The position numbers and the translations under genes are program-made. Under the pieces are notes generated by a model. That model made no database searches. It was not told the origin of the DNA and saw only the letters and a program-made list of their open reading frames with translations. Positions 37,500-51,537 of a stretch of 64,000 bases of DNA are shown here, piece after piece (positions within the stretch are counted from its first letter, which is position 1; the number at the start of each line of letters is the position of its first letter). This DNA is from Octopus vulgaris (lineage: Eukaryota), in NCBI GenBank assembly GCA_951406725.2, contig OX597831.1, forward strand, positions 9,424,001-9,488,000. The letters are read 5' to 3'.

Positions 37500-40400
37500 A
37501 GCACGTATGATAAATGTTTCACCATAACTCTAAAATATACTTACAGAGGATTCAGAAGTGTTGTGATCTTCAAAAAGATTCTGAAAATCTGAATAAAAAG
37601 GTTCGTTCTTTATTGCTAGCATCAAACACATCATGAAAATTAACAAAGAACGTTTTTACCGTGAACATAACATTGAATTGTTACATTCTTATTATGCCTA
37701 AACAAGTATATAAAACATGCCCGAGTATTATAACACAGGTATGAATTATAGAGAGAATATATCACTATTATTACAGTGGCCAATGTACGGATATTTATCA
37801 TAAAATTAAAGAAAAAACAAAAGTACCGAAAATTGAAAGAGAATAACTCGTGGAAATGAAGTAAAATAAACGATGTACGCTAAAAAGGATAACCACAAGT
37901 AATCTATACAATAAAAAGAACGGAATCCACAGAAGATTTCAATAAAGAAATACGATTCTATAACCGATATTTCAAAATAGAGAAAATACAATGTGATCTA
38001 ACACAGCAGATATAAACAAGGCCTTATATTATATCGAAAACCAATTCCAAAGCAAAAGAACTAACTTCCAAAATGATTCTGAAGATCACAGAGTTCACCA
38101 TTAAAGATGAGCGAATCCCCATAAAAAGACAGAACAAATTTCAACCAAATATACATTGAACCAAACGTTTCTGAAGTGGCTGACAAACTTTAAGTATAAT
38201 AGAATGCAACGTAAAAACAAAATCTCTTAACATAGAATAGCGTTAAAACCTAAGTAAATTCAAAAATACCTCAATAACTTGACGAAAGAGAAAAAAATTT
38301 ATTACCGGGCCATGTATGAAGCTTTGTCGATGGAAATAAACTAGGTATATCAATACGTTGGATTATTCGATTTATTTAGTTATAGCGGCAGTATCGAATC
38401 GTGTCCGGTACATGGTACATCTAAAAGCTTTTCTCCAAAATTAGACGGAACATATACTCTATATAATTGCAAGATGAAAAATTTTAGAAAGAAAAACGAA
38501 TATTCATCGTGAAGAGATAAAGGGAAAAAGTTATATGTATGAAGAAGACAATCTTGAGACAAATGAGATGTTTTATAAAATAATAGCAAAAATGTATCGG
38601 GTAAGATGTTTTGGAAAACATCAGCGCTTCTTCCAGGAAAACAAAGAATTGTAACTTATTTTAACAGGAATATGTACAACAACAATAACAACAAAAACAA
38701 ACAAACAAAAGTCTAATGGTGGAAGATAGACTAAATTCAATGTAATTGCAAGTTTATATGTTTGATAGTATGAAACAAAATATCCAGCGCTAGAAGTACG
38801 ATGATTAGATCAGAAGAGATGAGATGGAAATATAAGTGTGTACATACTTTATTGGTGAATTTCATGCCAGCTACATTCGTCTACGCAGACGTGGACCACA
38901 TATCAAGTAGAGAAATTCATAATATAGTAATAATAACTGGAATGTCCCTCGGATTGAGAGAGTGTCCAGTTGCAAGCTGAAGCGTCATGCAAGTATCTAT
39001 AAATGAATGGCGGCAGCGTTCGATTCACTGAAAAGCAGACGAGAGTCTGAACGTAAACACTTGATAGTTTGGGCAACATATTAATTATCTAAATTTAAAA
39101 AATACGAAAAACACATTGTACTGCATACTTATAACATGCGTTTCAACAAAATAAAAAATGCCTTTGCATTCACACGCAACAACAGACACCTTCTGCAACT
39201 GGAGAGTAACCACATTATCAGAAATACAGAAAGGATGCGTGTCTGAAAGAGGGACATGGCTGTAATGAGCAGCGTCTGTTGAGCTGTGTTATTATAGAAA
39301 TGAATAAATAGGGTTAAACATGGAGCTGATTACAGAAAGATATTCTGTATTAAGTCTAAGTCTGGGACAATGAGCACAGCCAACTTAAATATAGAAAGCC
39401 CAAACTCAACAATGTTTATCAGAATGGGAAAGAATAATTTCACAGGTTAAGCGGGAAAATAGAAGACAATTTGTCTTATACTCAATCCGGGTCAATGGGA
39501 TTTCTCGAGTATCTCTACTACGATTACGCATCCAACGATTTCCGCTATCTTGATGTCTTAAAATATATAAACATCATAAAATACTCTTCTGAATTGTCAC
39601 AAAAATATTGTATTTCAGTCGAAACTAATCTTAGTGTAAGACTTGGCAAATATACCGACATTATTCTAAGGAGAGGGAAAATACCTAAAACTGACAACAT
39701 AGAATTAGAAACAGATAAAAGAATCAAAATATTTATCTGGAATCACGCATACAAATTCTTAGTTGGGTACAGGAGTTATTTTAACAACAAAGCAAAAAGA
39801 AAGTTAAGATTAAATTCAGAACTAAAGGCGATGAAAGAAATAAGATATGTATAATACAAAAGTTGTTTCAGTTGTAAACTACGCGAAAGACAATAAACAC
39901 GAAAAAATGAAGAACTTCAATGGAAAAATCAGGAAACCACGAAAAGCGTTGCGAAGTCAACAAAACACGGTTAATATGTCCATGACACACAGAGGAAAGA
40001 TGGCGTCTCGTAGCAGAATGGAATTAGGAAAAAAATGTATAAAGCAAACAGTAGAAAGCTGATTAGTATAGTTAGGAAATAGGCAGAAAACATATATATC
40101 TCTCTATATATATAAGGAAACACTCAAATACAAGTTAGAAAGCGACTGCGCAGTAGAAAGGATTTAAATATAACCAAAGCAGAAAAAGAATATGTTACAA
40201 CGTACAAAATGAAATTTAATCGGAATTTTAGATGATCCAGAAAAAAAGAAAATACGGTGAAAATTTTCCGATTGGACTCAAAAAGGAAAAATCACAACAG
40301 TGACGACTTTATTCAAAATGAAATCTAACGATAGCTTAAGCATCATAGTTTTCTGGTGCTTTTTAGCACATGTCGAAATCTTAGCCAGAAGTTGTTTCAA

Positions 40401-40700
40401 AAGCGATCCGTGAAAAATATAACACCAATTGCAGAATATGATACCCTTTAGGGCATTGAACGTATTTCCGTTTGTCCAGGCTTTGCCATGTTCAGTTTTG
40501 ATTATTGACATAATGGAACGCACACCTGCGTTGAGTGATTAATATGCTGCCATTGTGATTGAAAATATGTCACTGTTATAAACCGGAACCGGAAACTATA
40601 CAAAGGAATGACAATCATAATTATCAGGGATACATTTGTCCAGACAATATCCGGATATTGTAGGACAAGTATATGGATGTGTGTACTCTGGGAGGTAACC
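37500..40700 (+). pseudogene. Ancient, heavily decayed near-full-length R4/Dong-type ORF (RT plus RLE)
   Basis: A-rich strand with ordered relics: EIQKGC..GCNEQRLL (~39220-39285), DYRK (~39328), ISVETNLSVRLGKYTDIILRRGK and YKFL and LNSELKA (ORF 39471-39854), GKIRK, YKPEPE..IIRDTFVQT..PDIV (~40577-40665). Boundaries approximate. Confidence 0.6.
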
Positions 40701-40949
40701 TATTTTTTTTCATTACTAAAACATTTAAAGACAGACCTAAGAAATCCAAAGAAAAGAAATTTCAATATGAAATAAGCAGTATTCTGGGTATGAAAGTAAA
40801 GACAATCAATAAAATGTCTAACTTTTACGTGTGATAAACGATAAGAACGTTGAAAAACTGTGCGAAGTTCCATGAATTTCGTATTCGCGTCAAACACTTA
40901 TCCTTGCTACACACAGCAGACACCCTACGTAATGGCTTTCTCATTTAAT

Positions 40950-41123
40950 AATCCTTTCTATTTTAGGCACAAGGCCTGACATTTTGGGGACTGGGAAGGT
41001 CTGTTACATCGACGCCAGTGCACGGTTAGTACTTGTTTTATCGACCCCATAAGGATGAAAGGTAAAGGCTATCTCGGCAAAATTTGAACTCAGAACGTAG
41101 TGACAGATGAGATACCGCTAAGA
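40950..41123 (-). mobile_element. SINE family A-related diverged copy
   Basis: TTTTATCGACCCC-AAGGATGAAAGG-AA..TTTGAACTCAGAACGTA. Confidence 0.75.
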
Positions 41124-42615
41124 ATTATATTTTATATTACCGCGTTAATATAAAACCAGTAGCAATGAGCCCCACACACGCCAAATCTAAATCCATGTAG
41201 TATGGATGGTGGTGGTGCCCCAGCATGGCCGCGGCCTTCGGGCTAAAACATTTTTAAGGATTTAAGGATTTAAGGATTTATACAAAATTCGAATGTGGAG
41301 AGGTACATTAAATATCGTCAAGGCAATGTTCACAGAAGAAGATAGACGACTAACGGATACGCTAGTAGTGTAATTCTTGAAATTTAAAATACAGACAGTC
41401 TTTATACTTGAAAATAATAATAAAAATAGCATTTGTTTTATAACTGAAGTTATTTATTAAATAAAAAAAAAAACGGCTACCAAATATTTGCATTTAATAA
41501 AAAAAAAGTGAAAATAAATATTTTCTATAAAATAAAGAAATATATTAAAATGTAGAGGGTTGCCAACAATAATTTGTTTTAAGATTAAAACAGTTTATTA
41601 TAATATAACTCTAAATGTTAGTCTGTGACCTTATGAAATCACGGGGTTACAGGAATATGTGTTAAAAAAAACACATTTTTAATACGGTCGTTAACCTCAC
41701 CATGTTATAAAATTTTATTCATTTGTAGTAGCTGCCAGCGATATTTCCTCCAGAATTAATTCAATGGCAGCGTGCTGTAGCTGAAGATTTTTTACCAGAT
41801 TATGTTAAATTTTATCTCTTATCAAAATTCAACTATTGAATACTCGATGTTACCTACAAACAGTGTGTCGTTCTTGGTAGATCTGATTGGGTGAGGTTGT
41901 AAACAAGCCATCGCACATTTTCAAAGACTGGGCGGCTTCGATGATGTTTTTTTTAATTACGCAAAGCTACAACTTTAAAAAAAATATTCCCGTTTCTATG
42001 TGACGAGGAATATAAAAGTTCATTGCATATACTGTGAAGTAACAAACAGCCAAAAGGATGTTCATTACTTGAAATTAGGTTTTCACTTTAATTACTAATT
42101 ATAACAAGAAATCAAGGACTTTTAGATTAACAGCTTCGTACATCACGATAGTAAATGCTTTGTGCACGAAGCAGTTTGACCCTTACGCATAGGGAAAATA
42201 TTACATGACATTATTTTTAAATGCCCCAGACTAACCTGCGACAAGGCTCACATGGGGCAACTTAAAGTAGCAAGGCTGTTCGGTATATGATTAATAATCG
42301 AAAAAATAATTTTCGTAATATAAATAAATATCCTACACATACAGACTACAAGATTTCACATAAGTTTTAACATCGTTTATCACAACAGAAATGAGAAGAC
42401 AATGACCGATTAATTATCAAGACAGCAATATTTGACGATTCAGGCCACGAAGACGCTAGCTTGAAATCCAATAAATTCATTGAACCTTGAGTGTAAAATA
42501 AAGATATCATTCCGGTTAAGAAAGATCTTTATCGTTCAATCTTTGAGAGACCTAGAGTGACATCAATACTGCATTTCTATAAAGGCTATAAAAATTTACA
42601 TAAAATATTGGATAA

Positions 42616-42616
<1 letters not shown>

Positions 42617-42667
<51 letters not shown>

Positions 42668-42683
42668 GCTACTACTACTACTG

Positions 42684-42752
<69 letters not shown>

Positions 42753-42773
42753 TTTCTACTACTACTACTACTA
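42617..42773. repeat. (TAC)n microsatellite
   Basis: Directly visible; explains the poly-T/poly-V ORFs. Confidence 0.97.
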
Positions 42774-42775
42774 AA

Positions 42776-43228
42776 CTGATTGGCTGCTCGACTCTCTCAA
42801 CAACCGAGTACAAAACCAGACATGAATGAATAGGGCATAATTTACATCGGAACATGTACCGTCATTAAGACGTCGTGATTATATATTCTCCAGTCACAGA
42901 GAGCAATGAAGAAACTATTCTGTGGGAATTTACCATCCATACTGACACACAAATAAATACCAAAAGCCTGATATTATTATCAAAGGCCATTAACAAAATG
43001 TTTGCTATCTAATAGATATGTCAGTACCAGCTGATCGAAATATCCCAGTGAAAGAATTCGAAATATTAAGTTAAATAAAAGGACATAGAGCTGGAAATCA
43101 GTAGAATGTGGAAACTGGAAGCATTTACTTTGGCCGTAGTACTAGGAGCACAGGGCATGGTCCAAAAAAAAAGGGTCTTTAAACTTCATTGATAAAATAC
43201 CTGGAAAATCAAATATACTTAAGATACC
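42776..43228 (+). pseudogene. Decayed R4/Dong RLE fragment
   Basis: GCSTLSTTEYKTRHE..ETILWEFTIHTD..PDIII..YLIDMSVPADRNI..EISRMWKL..VVLGAQG with stops and frameshifts. Confidence 0.82.
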
Positions 43229-43460
43229 TATTTCTTTACTACCCACAAGGGGCTATACACAGAGGGGACAAACAACGATAGACAAACGGATTAAGTTGAT
43301 TACATCGACTCCAGTGCGCAACTGGTACTTAATTTATCGACCCCGAAAGGATGAAAGGCAAAGTCGACCTCGGCGGAATTTGAACTCAGAACGTAACGGC
43401 AGACGAAATACGGCTACGCATTTCGCCCGGCGTGCTAACGTTTCTGCCACCTCGCCGCCT
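43229..43460 (-). mobile_element. SINE family A monomer with TSD
   Basis: TSD TCAAATATA(C/A)TTAAGATACC at 43209-43228 and 43461-43480. Confidence 0.92.
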
Positions 43461-44543
43461 TCAAATATAATTAAGATACCTTTGTGGACCACAAGTTATT
43501 ATATTGCTTGCTTGGACCTCGCAAAATCTTCTGTGGAACCCGTGGGTCATGTGGACCCTGGTTGAGAAAAACTAATGAAGAGATTTGTCAAATCCAGAAG
43601 ACACAATTAGTGCAGCCATTTGTGATTTGAACAATTATACAGTCCTTAATGAGAAGTGATTGCTTCCAGTTGTAAAACTTTAAGTTGCCAAAATTGATTT
43701 TGATGAATTTGGTGACAGAATAAAAGGTGCCGGATCAAATACTGCAGGGTATTTTATCCGGTACTGATAGCTAAAGATTCTAAAAAAATTGCGTCTTTAA
43801 TAATTGTTTCTGATGTAAACATAAGACGTTAAAATTTGAGGGACGAAGGAGAATCGGCTTTATCGTCTTCTGTAATATGCTGGTACATTATTTGTCTATC
43901 CAGAAAACGATGGCAAGCAAAATGGCGTCGGTGGGGTTCGAAACGAAATTATTCGTATGTAAATGCTGTGATGCACCTCATTTCGATGCTGCAATAAAAA
44001 CAATAAGAACAATAAAAAAGAATAAAAAATAAAAACAAATAAAAACACAATAGCGAGGCTTGTTTCCAACCAGAAAAAATGCATGAGTTTATATCGTTGA
44101 TATATGATCAAAGAAGACGTATTGAGTGTTGATTAAAGAAACATTGAAATTCGTTTCATTGGACCTAAGGCCATGACTTTTGAACATTGACCTGTGACCC
44201 TCCTTGTCAGCATAATAACAATTCAATCATTGTCCCTTCCACTAAAAATATAGAAAGAAAAATGATAAAATGAAAATCCTCTTTCTATTTGGTAGGGAGA
44301 GAAAGAAAGTGAGAAAGGGAGGGAGAAGGAGAGAGGGAGAGAGAGGGGAAGAGAGAGAGAGAGAGAGAGAGAAATATTAGGCAAGAAACCAGTGATTGGT
44401 TTTGTAGTGAATGATATTCTTGAAATGGTGCCATAGAATTGGCCTAGAGGACAGGAACACAAAGAGCTTATTTAGAATTATTATTTACCGGAATATATCA
44501 AAATTATACCAAATTATTATCATCATCATCATCATCATTATTA

Positions 44544-44599
<56 letters not shown>

Positions 44600-44720
44600 T
44601 TAGTTTGCTGATCTTGTTTGCAGTATTTGATCTGTTCTATACAATTAATTTTATAGCTGTCTGCAAGCGCCACCATCACGACCGTCAACGTAGACGTCAT
44701 CGTCATCATCGTCGTCGTCG

Positions 44721-44798
<78 letters not shown>

Positions 44799-44885
44799 CC
44801 ACCATCATGATTATCACTATAACCACCACCAATACCGACGCTACTCCCCCTCTGCGACCAGCACCGCCACTAGCTGTACTACTCG

Positions 44886-44916
<31 letters not shown>

Positions 44917-45364
44917 ATCTCTTTCTCTCCACACGGCTACCATCAGTTACTAACATTGTGGTCACGGCAATAGCGCAAACCCTCTTCTAACAGTCACTGC
45001 CAAAATGGTTCTCGTCGGTCCCTCCTCCGCCCTCCCCTCCTCTCCTCTTGCTTTTTCCCCTTCCTACCCTCCTCCTCTTCCTTCGATTAGTCTTCGAATC
45101 TTCTCTCTTCCTTCTCCTCTACACAACCGCGCCCACTTTATGCAACCTTTGCTTACTCCTCCCAAATCTCCACCAACATCTCTTCCACCTCCAACGGCCC
45201 AGCGGTTCCACTATTACTACCACAACCACCACCATCACCTCTACTACTTCTACTACTACTACTACTACTACTACTACAACAACAACCACTGCTGCTGCTG
45301 CTACTACCATCACTGTAATCACAGTCACGACTAGTCTCACACTCGCTGAAATCGCCATCATCAT

Positions 45365-46045
45365 AGATATTGTCGCCACCATCGACACCACCACCACCAT
45401 CGACATCGTTCCCACCATCGACATCGTCATCACCATCGACATCGCCATCACCATCGACACCACCACCATCGACATCGTCACTACCATCGACATCGCTACC
45501 ACCATCGACACCACCACCACCATCACCATCGACAGCACCACCACCATCGACACCACCACCATCGACATCGTCACTACCATCGACATCGCTACCACCATCG
45601 ACACCACCACCACCATCGACATCGTCTCTACCATCGACATCGCTACCACGATCGACATCGCCACCACCATCGACATCGCTATCACCATCGACAACACCAC
45701 CACCATCGACATCGCCACCACCATCGACATCGCTATCACCATCGAAAACACCACCACCATCGACACCACCACCACCATCGACATCGCTACCACCATCGAC
45801 ACCACCACCACGATCGACATCGCCACCACCATCGACATCGCTATCACCATCGACAACACCACCATCGACATGGTTACCACCATCGACATCTCTATCACCA
45901 TCGACACCACCACCAACATCGACATCGCCACCACCATCGACATCGTCACTACCATCGACATCGCTATCACCATCGACAACACCACCATCGACATGATTAC
46001 CACCATCGACACCACCACCAACATCGACATCGCCACCACCATCGG
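45365..46045. repeat. Complex GC-rich minisatellite built from ACCATCGAC + (ATCGCC/ATCGCT/ACCACC/AACACC) modules
   Basis: ACCATCGAC recurs every 15-21 bp (always multiples of 3) over ~680 bp. Confidence 0.92.
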
Positions 46046-46305
46046 CGTCGTTCCCTCCAATAAACACCTGTAAGCGCAACGTCAGCTTCCGAAAACACCA
46101 ACCTTCTACATTGGACCAACGCAGCAACATTTAAAAACGGAAGGACACATAGGATAAAGTAGCCATGGATATACGGACATAAATCCAGCCATGTGTGGAA
46201 AGGTTGTTTTTTTTTTAAATCAAAAATCTTTAACAGGGCCGACTTGGGTAGAACGAACAACAACAGCAGCAGCACCAGGTAATCAATGGTATTATCATCT
46301 CAGTT

Positions 46306-46984
46306 GGAGATGCGAACTGGCAGAAACGTTAGCACGCCGGGCGAAATGCTTAGCGGTATTTCGTCTGCGTTGAGCTGACGGTGAGCTGGCGGTGAGCTGG
46401 CAGAAACGTTAGCACGTCGGCCGAAATGCTTAGTGGTATTTCATCTGCGTTACGTTGTGAGTTCAAATTCCGCCGAGGTCGACTTTGCCTTTCATCCTTT
46501 CGGGGTCGATAAATTAAGTACCAGTTATGCACTGGGGTCGATGTAATCGACTTAATACCTATGTCTGTCCTTGTTTGTCCCCTCTGTGTTTAGCCCCTTG
46601 TGGGTAATAAAGAAATAGGTATTTCGTCTGCGTTACGTTGTGAGTTCAAATTCCGCCGAGGTCGACTTTGCCTTTCATCCTTTCGGGGTCGATAAATTAA
46701 GTACCAGTTATGCACTGGGGTCGATGTAATCGACTTAATACCTATGTCTGTCCTTGTTTGTCCCCTCTGTGTTTAGCCCCTTGTGGGTAATAAAGAAATA
46801 GGTATTTCGTCTGCGTTACGTTGTGAGTTCAAATTCCGCCAAGGTCGACTTTGCCTTTCATCCTTTCGGGGGTCGATAAATTAAGTACCAGTTACGCACT
46901 GGGGTCGATGTAATCGACTTAATACCTATGTCTGTCCTTGTTTGTCCCCTCTGTGTTTAGCCACTTGTGGGTAATAAAGAAATA
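46306..46984 (+). mobile_element. SINE family A with stuttered head and three tandem 183-184-bp bodies
   Basis: Units start at 46435, 46618 and 46801; TSD GGTATTATC(A/G)TCTCAGTT at 46288-46305 and 46985-47002. Confidence 0.92.
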
Positions 46985-47415
46985 GGTATTATCGTCTCAG
47001 TTCGAATAATTGAGTAAAATACAAATCATCAGCCGAGGTAAGATTTGAACTCAGGAACACTGCAATGAATGGCGTGGAGAAATTGGAGTAAAAGGCTAAA
47101 TGCTGAAGTTGTTGATGTTTAGTTTAAAATCTGCCTTTATCGAATTATCGAAAATACCTGCGATCAAATGATCAGTTGTAAATGGTTTTGCTTTTTGTTC
47201 TCACGCGACCTTCTCCAACCATACGTCATCTCTATGAATCTAGATATGTGCAACTTTCGTTAATGGATGGACAAAGAGCTGAAAATCATCATCTAATTAT
47301 TACAAGGGATCTCGCCTCTTCCAAGAACAAGCAACAATCAATACAACATTTAACAAGAAATCCAATCCATCATCTCACCTTATCCACATCTTCATAATGA
47401 ATAGAACTAAATTAG

Positions 47416-47714
47416 AAAAATTACTATTTGTAAATCTCACAACGAGAGATATTCAGCAACAGTATTTTGTAGTAAAGATTGTTTGCCAACATAACATGGC
47501 AGTCCTGGTTTAGGACGAATGTTGCTGCAATTTAGCCCCAGGAGACATCGTCTCCAGCTGGCTATACAACACTATCTGTTTCCTTATATTTTCGAACAAG
47601 GGAATCTAGCACCCACACTCAGCTCCAGGAGACGATGTCTCCTGGGGATGAATTACAGCAACATTCGTCCTAAACCAGGACTGCCTTGTTATGTTGGCAA
47701 ATAATATTTACTCC
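47416..47714. mobile_element. Second fold-back copy of the 34326 family, lacking the hammerhead, with 13-bp TSD
   Basis: Inverted arms 47471-47555 / 47628-47712; AGAACTAAATTAG at 47403-47415 and 47715-47727. Confidence 0.85.
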
Positions 47715-48139
47715 AGAACTAAATTAGTCCTCAAAATGACACCAGATTATAGAAACCGCTGTCACCTACGAACTTTTATATCGACAACATGTCTTCAGAA
47801 TATCTAAGGAGCACATTTCAAAAACTGTCCCTTGTCTGTAAACCAGACAATAACTCAAATGGCAACAATTACAGATGTCGCCCGAACTGAAGGGTGACCA
47901 AAAATGGGGTACATCTTGAAGATCTGGTACGATGCGCAGCACACCACACACACACACACACACACATACACACACTCACACACATACACAAACACAAACA
48001 TACACACACATAGACACACAGACACACACACACATAGACACACAGATACACACACACAGAGGCAAACAAACACACACACAAACACACACACTCATACACA
48101 CAAACACACACACACACAATTGCCCTAGCTAGCATCTGG

Positions 48140-48510
48140 AAAAGGTTCACCCATATAACCTGCTTTAAGATATTCAAGGATATCGTGAGTTCGTCTTTGA
48201 ATGACATGTCTGGTCAAGACATGTAATACCTCCTCTCTTTCTTTCCTTCCTTTTATCCAGACACTACATTGGATTCTGTCTCCGGATCAATCTGATTGCT
48301 TACCAGATACTGATAAGCGCCCTCACTTCTCTCCTCTTTTATCCTTTAATCACCCATATCGTGTTCAACTCGGGGCCACACTGACTACTGTCAACCAGTC
48401 ATTTCGCCTTCACATGTCAGCCCTCTGCAACTGATTTCTGCTCATATCTTTACAGCTGGTGTTGACTTGGAGAAGTTCAAGAGAAACGTCAACGACATCA
48501 AATTCGCTGA
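48140..48510 (+). mobile_element. Possible CR1/L2/Jockey-group LINE 3' remnant
   Basis: Frameshifted SF..MSALCN..HIFTAGVDLEKFKRNVN resembles the typical WN.LP..F....L..FK..V C-terminus. Confidence 0.35.
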
Positions 48511-49964
48511 TATTAAGAACGCCTGCCGAGGCTTTTACTCGCTGCCCCGCCTTTTTCGTATTTCAGCAAACGATAGAATAAGTCCATATCTACTCCGTAG
48601 TTTTTAAGATTATTTCGAACTACACCATCCAACGTGTCACTACTTACTACAGAACGGTGGGGTGTAAAACCTGACGAGTGGTGCGATGTTGTAGAGTCAA
48701 CAACTTGAATTCCGAGTCTCGGTTTTAAAAGGGTGAAGTGGATGGCGGTGAAGGGGACATAGAGTATATTGTTGCGATGGAAGAAGAGTGTGCACGATGG
48801 GGATAGTAAAGATATATGTGATGATGATGATGATGACGACGATGCACAAAGCTGCATGATAGAGAGAGAGAGAGAAGGTAGAGGGATAGTGTGAGTGAGA
48901 AAGTGGAAAAAGAGAGAAACTAAAAGAGAGAGGATGAATGCAGATGGGCAGAAAGAGAGTTCGAGAGAAACACAGTGAGAGAGAGAGAGGGAAAGAGTAA
49001 GAGAGAAGAGAGGGAGATAGCACTATAGGAGAGATAGTGTGGGAGAGAGGAGAGAGAAAGAAAGAAAGGTGAGAGAGAAAGAGAAAGAGAGAGGGGGATG
49101 TTGTAGTGGAAACAAGGTTCAGACAAGATGTCTATCGTTTCAGACAGATTTTTTTTTTCTTTTTAATCTAAACCACTCAGCTTTCGGATTATTCTTTATA
49201 TAAATAAAAAAACAAAACAAAACAAAATATACTAAAGTAATAAAAACACTAAATAAAAACTAATGTTAATGGTGACGACGACATCATGATGATGATGATG
49301 ATGTTGAAAAGGATGATTTGGAGGATGTAGATGACGATAATCATATTGTCCCCTCTTCGTTAATTAATCGGAAAAGATCAAAGAAAAGTCTCTTAAGATT
49401 GACGTTGATGTTGTTGGTGCTGTTGTTGTAGATGTTTGCCAAACTGCCATGAAATCATCCCGATATCAGATTAGAAGTGATGCTTAAACCCATTAAAATA
49501 TTTCCTCCTTCATTTCCTCTCTCTCTCTTCTCTACCTCTCTAACTCTTTCCCTCTCTCTCCCTCCTCACACTTTCTCTCTTTCTTGACTACTACCTTTTT
49601 TCCCCACTTTCACTTTCAGTTGATATTGTTCATCTTCCATTTGTTGTTAATTATTTCCTTCGATTCAGCCAAGAGACTATAGACAAAAGCTTTGCCTTCT
49701 CTTCGTTTTATTTCCTATGTCAGATAACTCTATAAAAATTTCCAGCTGTCTTCTGTTCAATTTACAAATCTCAGACTAAATTAAAGCGAAATGCTGAATG
49801 GCAGCGATATTTCGGAACCGCAGAATGATAGGACAATTTTATTACTTTCACTTCAAAATGAACGATCTTCTCTACAACACCTCCATGACTTAGCGCATGC
49901 GTACAGTAATTACACGAGAATTCTCTTTTCTATTGGTTGCCAATTACAGTTTATTTCTGTTTCC

Positions 49965-50360
49965 AAAGCAGCTGTGTCCGAGTGGTTAACAAGCTCGATT
50001 TGTAGTGACATAGTTTCTGGTTCAGTACCCCTGCACGGCGCAATTGTCTTCTAACATAGTCCTGGGACAACCAGAGTCATCTGGATGGATTTGGTTAACG
50101 TCAACTGAAGGAAACCCGTCGCATAGATACATATATACACACACATGCACACACATATATGGTCTGTATGTGTGTGAGTTTGTGCGTGTGTTTGTCTCCG
50201 TTCCACCGATTGACAAATGGCGGTGGGTTGTTTACAGTCCCATGATTTAGTGCAGAAAAGAAAACCGATAGATTAAGTTACAAAATAAATACTGGTTTGA
50301 TCTGCTTAGCTAAACCCTTGAAGACGGTGCTCCAGCATGGCCACTGAGTAAAGAGTGAAA
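49965..50360 (+). mobile_element. SINE family B, old copy
   Basis: GGTTCAGTACCCCTGC, GGATTTGGTTAACG-AACTGAA, GGTGCTCCAGCATGGCCAC. Confidence 0.7.
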
Positions 50361-51537
50361 CAAAAATGTAAGGTAGAGATAACTAGAGGGACTACAGCAA
50401 ATGAATTTCTAGCATCCACATATTCTAGCGATGTTTATGATGTAAAAAGTCGACGAGATGGCAGAAACGTTTGCACGCCGGGCGAAATGCTTAGCGGTAA
50501 TTCGTATGTCTTTAGGTTTTGAGTTCAAATTGCTTTTGGAGGCAATCGAGATTGTCTCGTGAGAGCAGTGTATCAGAAGGTGCGATCCTTATGAGGTGCA
50601 GTGGTAACAAGGGTTAGTTCTAACTGAATAAAATCTGGCATTTGATAAACCCCAGATGACTGTATGTGGTGTTAAAAGACCCGAAACACCTAACGGGCCC
50701 AGGATACATAATTAATGATATAAAATCATATGATATGTATGGAAATAAAACCAGTCCTATATGTGAACATTTTATGTTGGTATCCTAGAATAAGTCTTGG
50801 TGTTCATTTGTTCGACTAAAGGCGATGCTCCAGCATGGCTGCAGTCAAATGACTGAAATAAATAAAAGAATAAGGTTTTTGCTAGATTTTAAGACGAAGT
50901 ATTCTGAAGGCATTTATTGATTTTCTTGTTTTTTGTTAAATTCTATTTAGTTACTGGTTTTCATATCTCTGAATTCCTCTTATTCGTTCTTTTAGTGTTG
51001 GGAATATTATTATTATAACTTACCACAGGGACAGCTTCAGTATTGATTTTTACTTTATGTTTTCTAATTAGCTCTGTTTAACCATTAATCTAAAGACTCT
51101 ACATTACTCTATTCCGAACCTTACTTTCCCTGGTGTGTGAGTTTGTGTGTATGTGCATGAATGATTGTGTGTGTGTGTGTGTATGTGTATGAATGATTGT
51201 GTTTATGTGTGTATGTATGAAAGATACTCTGACTAATTTATTGATTTCTGGTGATGTGTTTTGGTTGGTTCTCTTATCTCCATTTTTTTTCTGGTATCTA
51301 ACTTAATAGAATTGGTCTTAATGAATTTTCCTCTCTCCAGCTTTGCCTTGGATATTACATTAATTTTCCAAGTAAATCTATGTATTGTCTGCCACAGTGT
51401 CTTCTGAATTATCTGTAGCGTACAAGCAGAGGTGTTCCTTACATAACTGGACACACAAGTGTCCTTCCATAGTATTTGAATCTCGGCCCAGTTTGGTGTA
51501 AATACTAGTCTTAGGTGTTACCCGAAGTTAGAAATAC

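Noticed and set aside
45048-46130. 300+ aa ORFs on both strands
   Set aside because: They follow from a triplet-phased repeat lacking stop codons; no supported splice or start context, so not called CDS.
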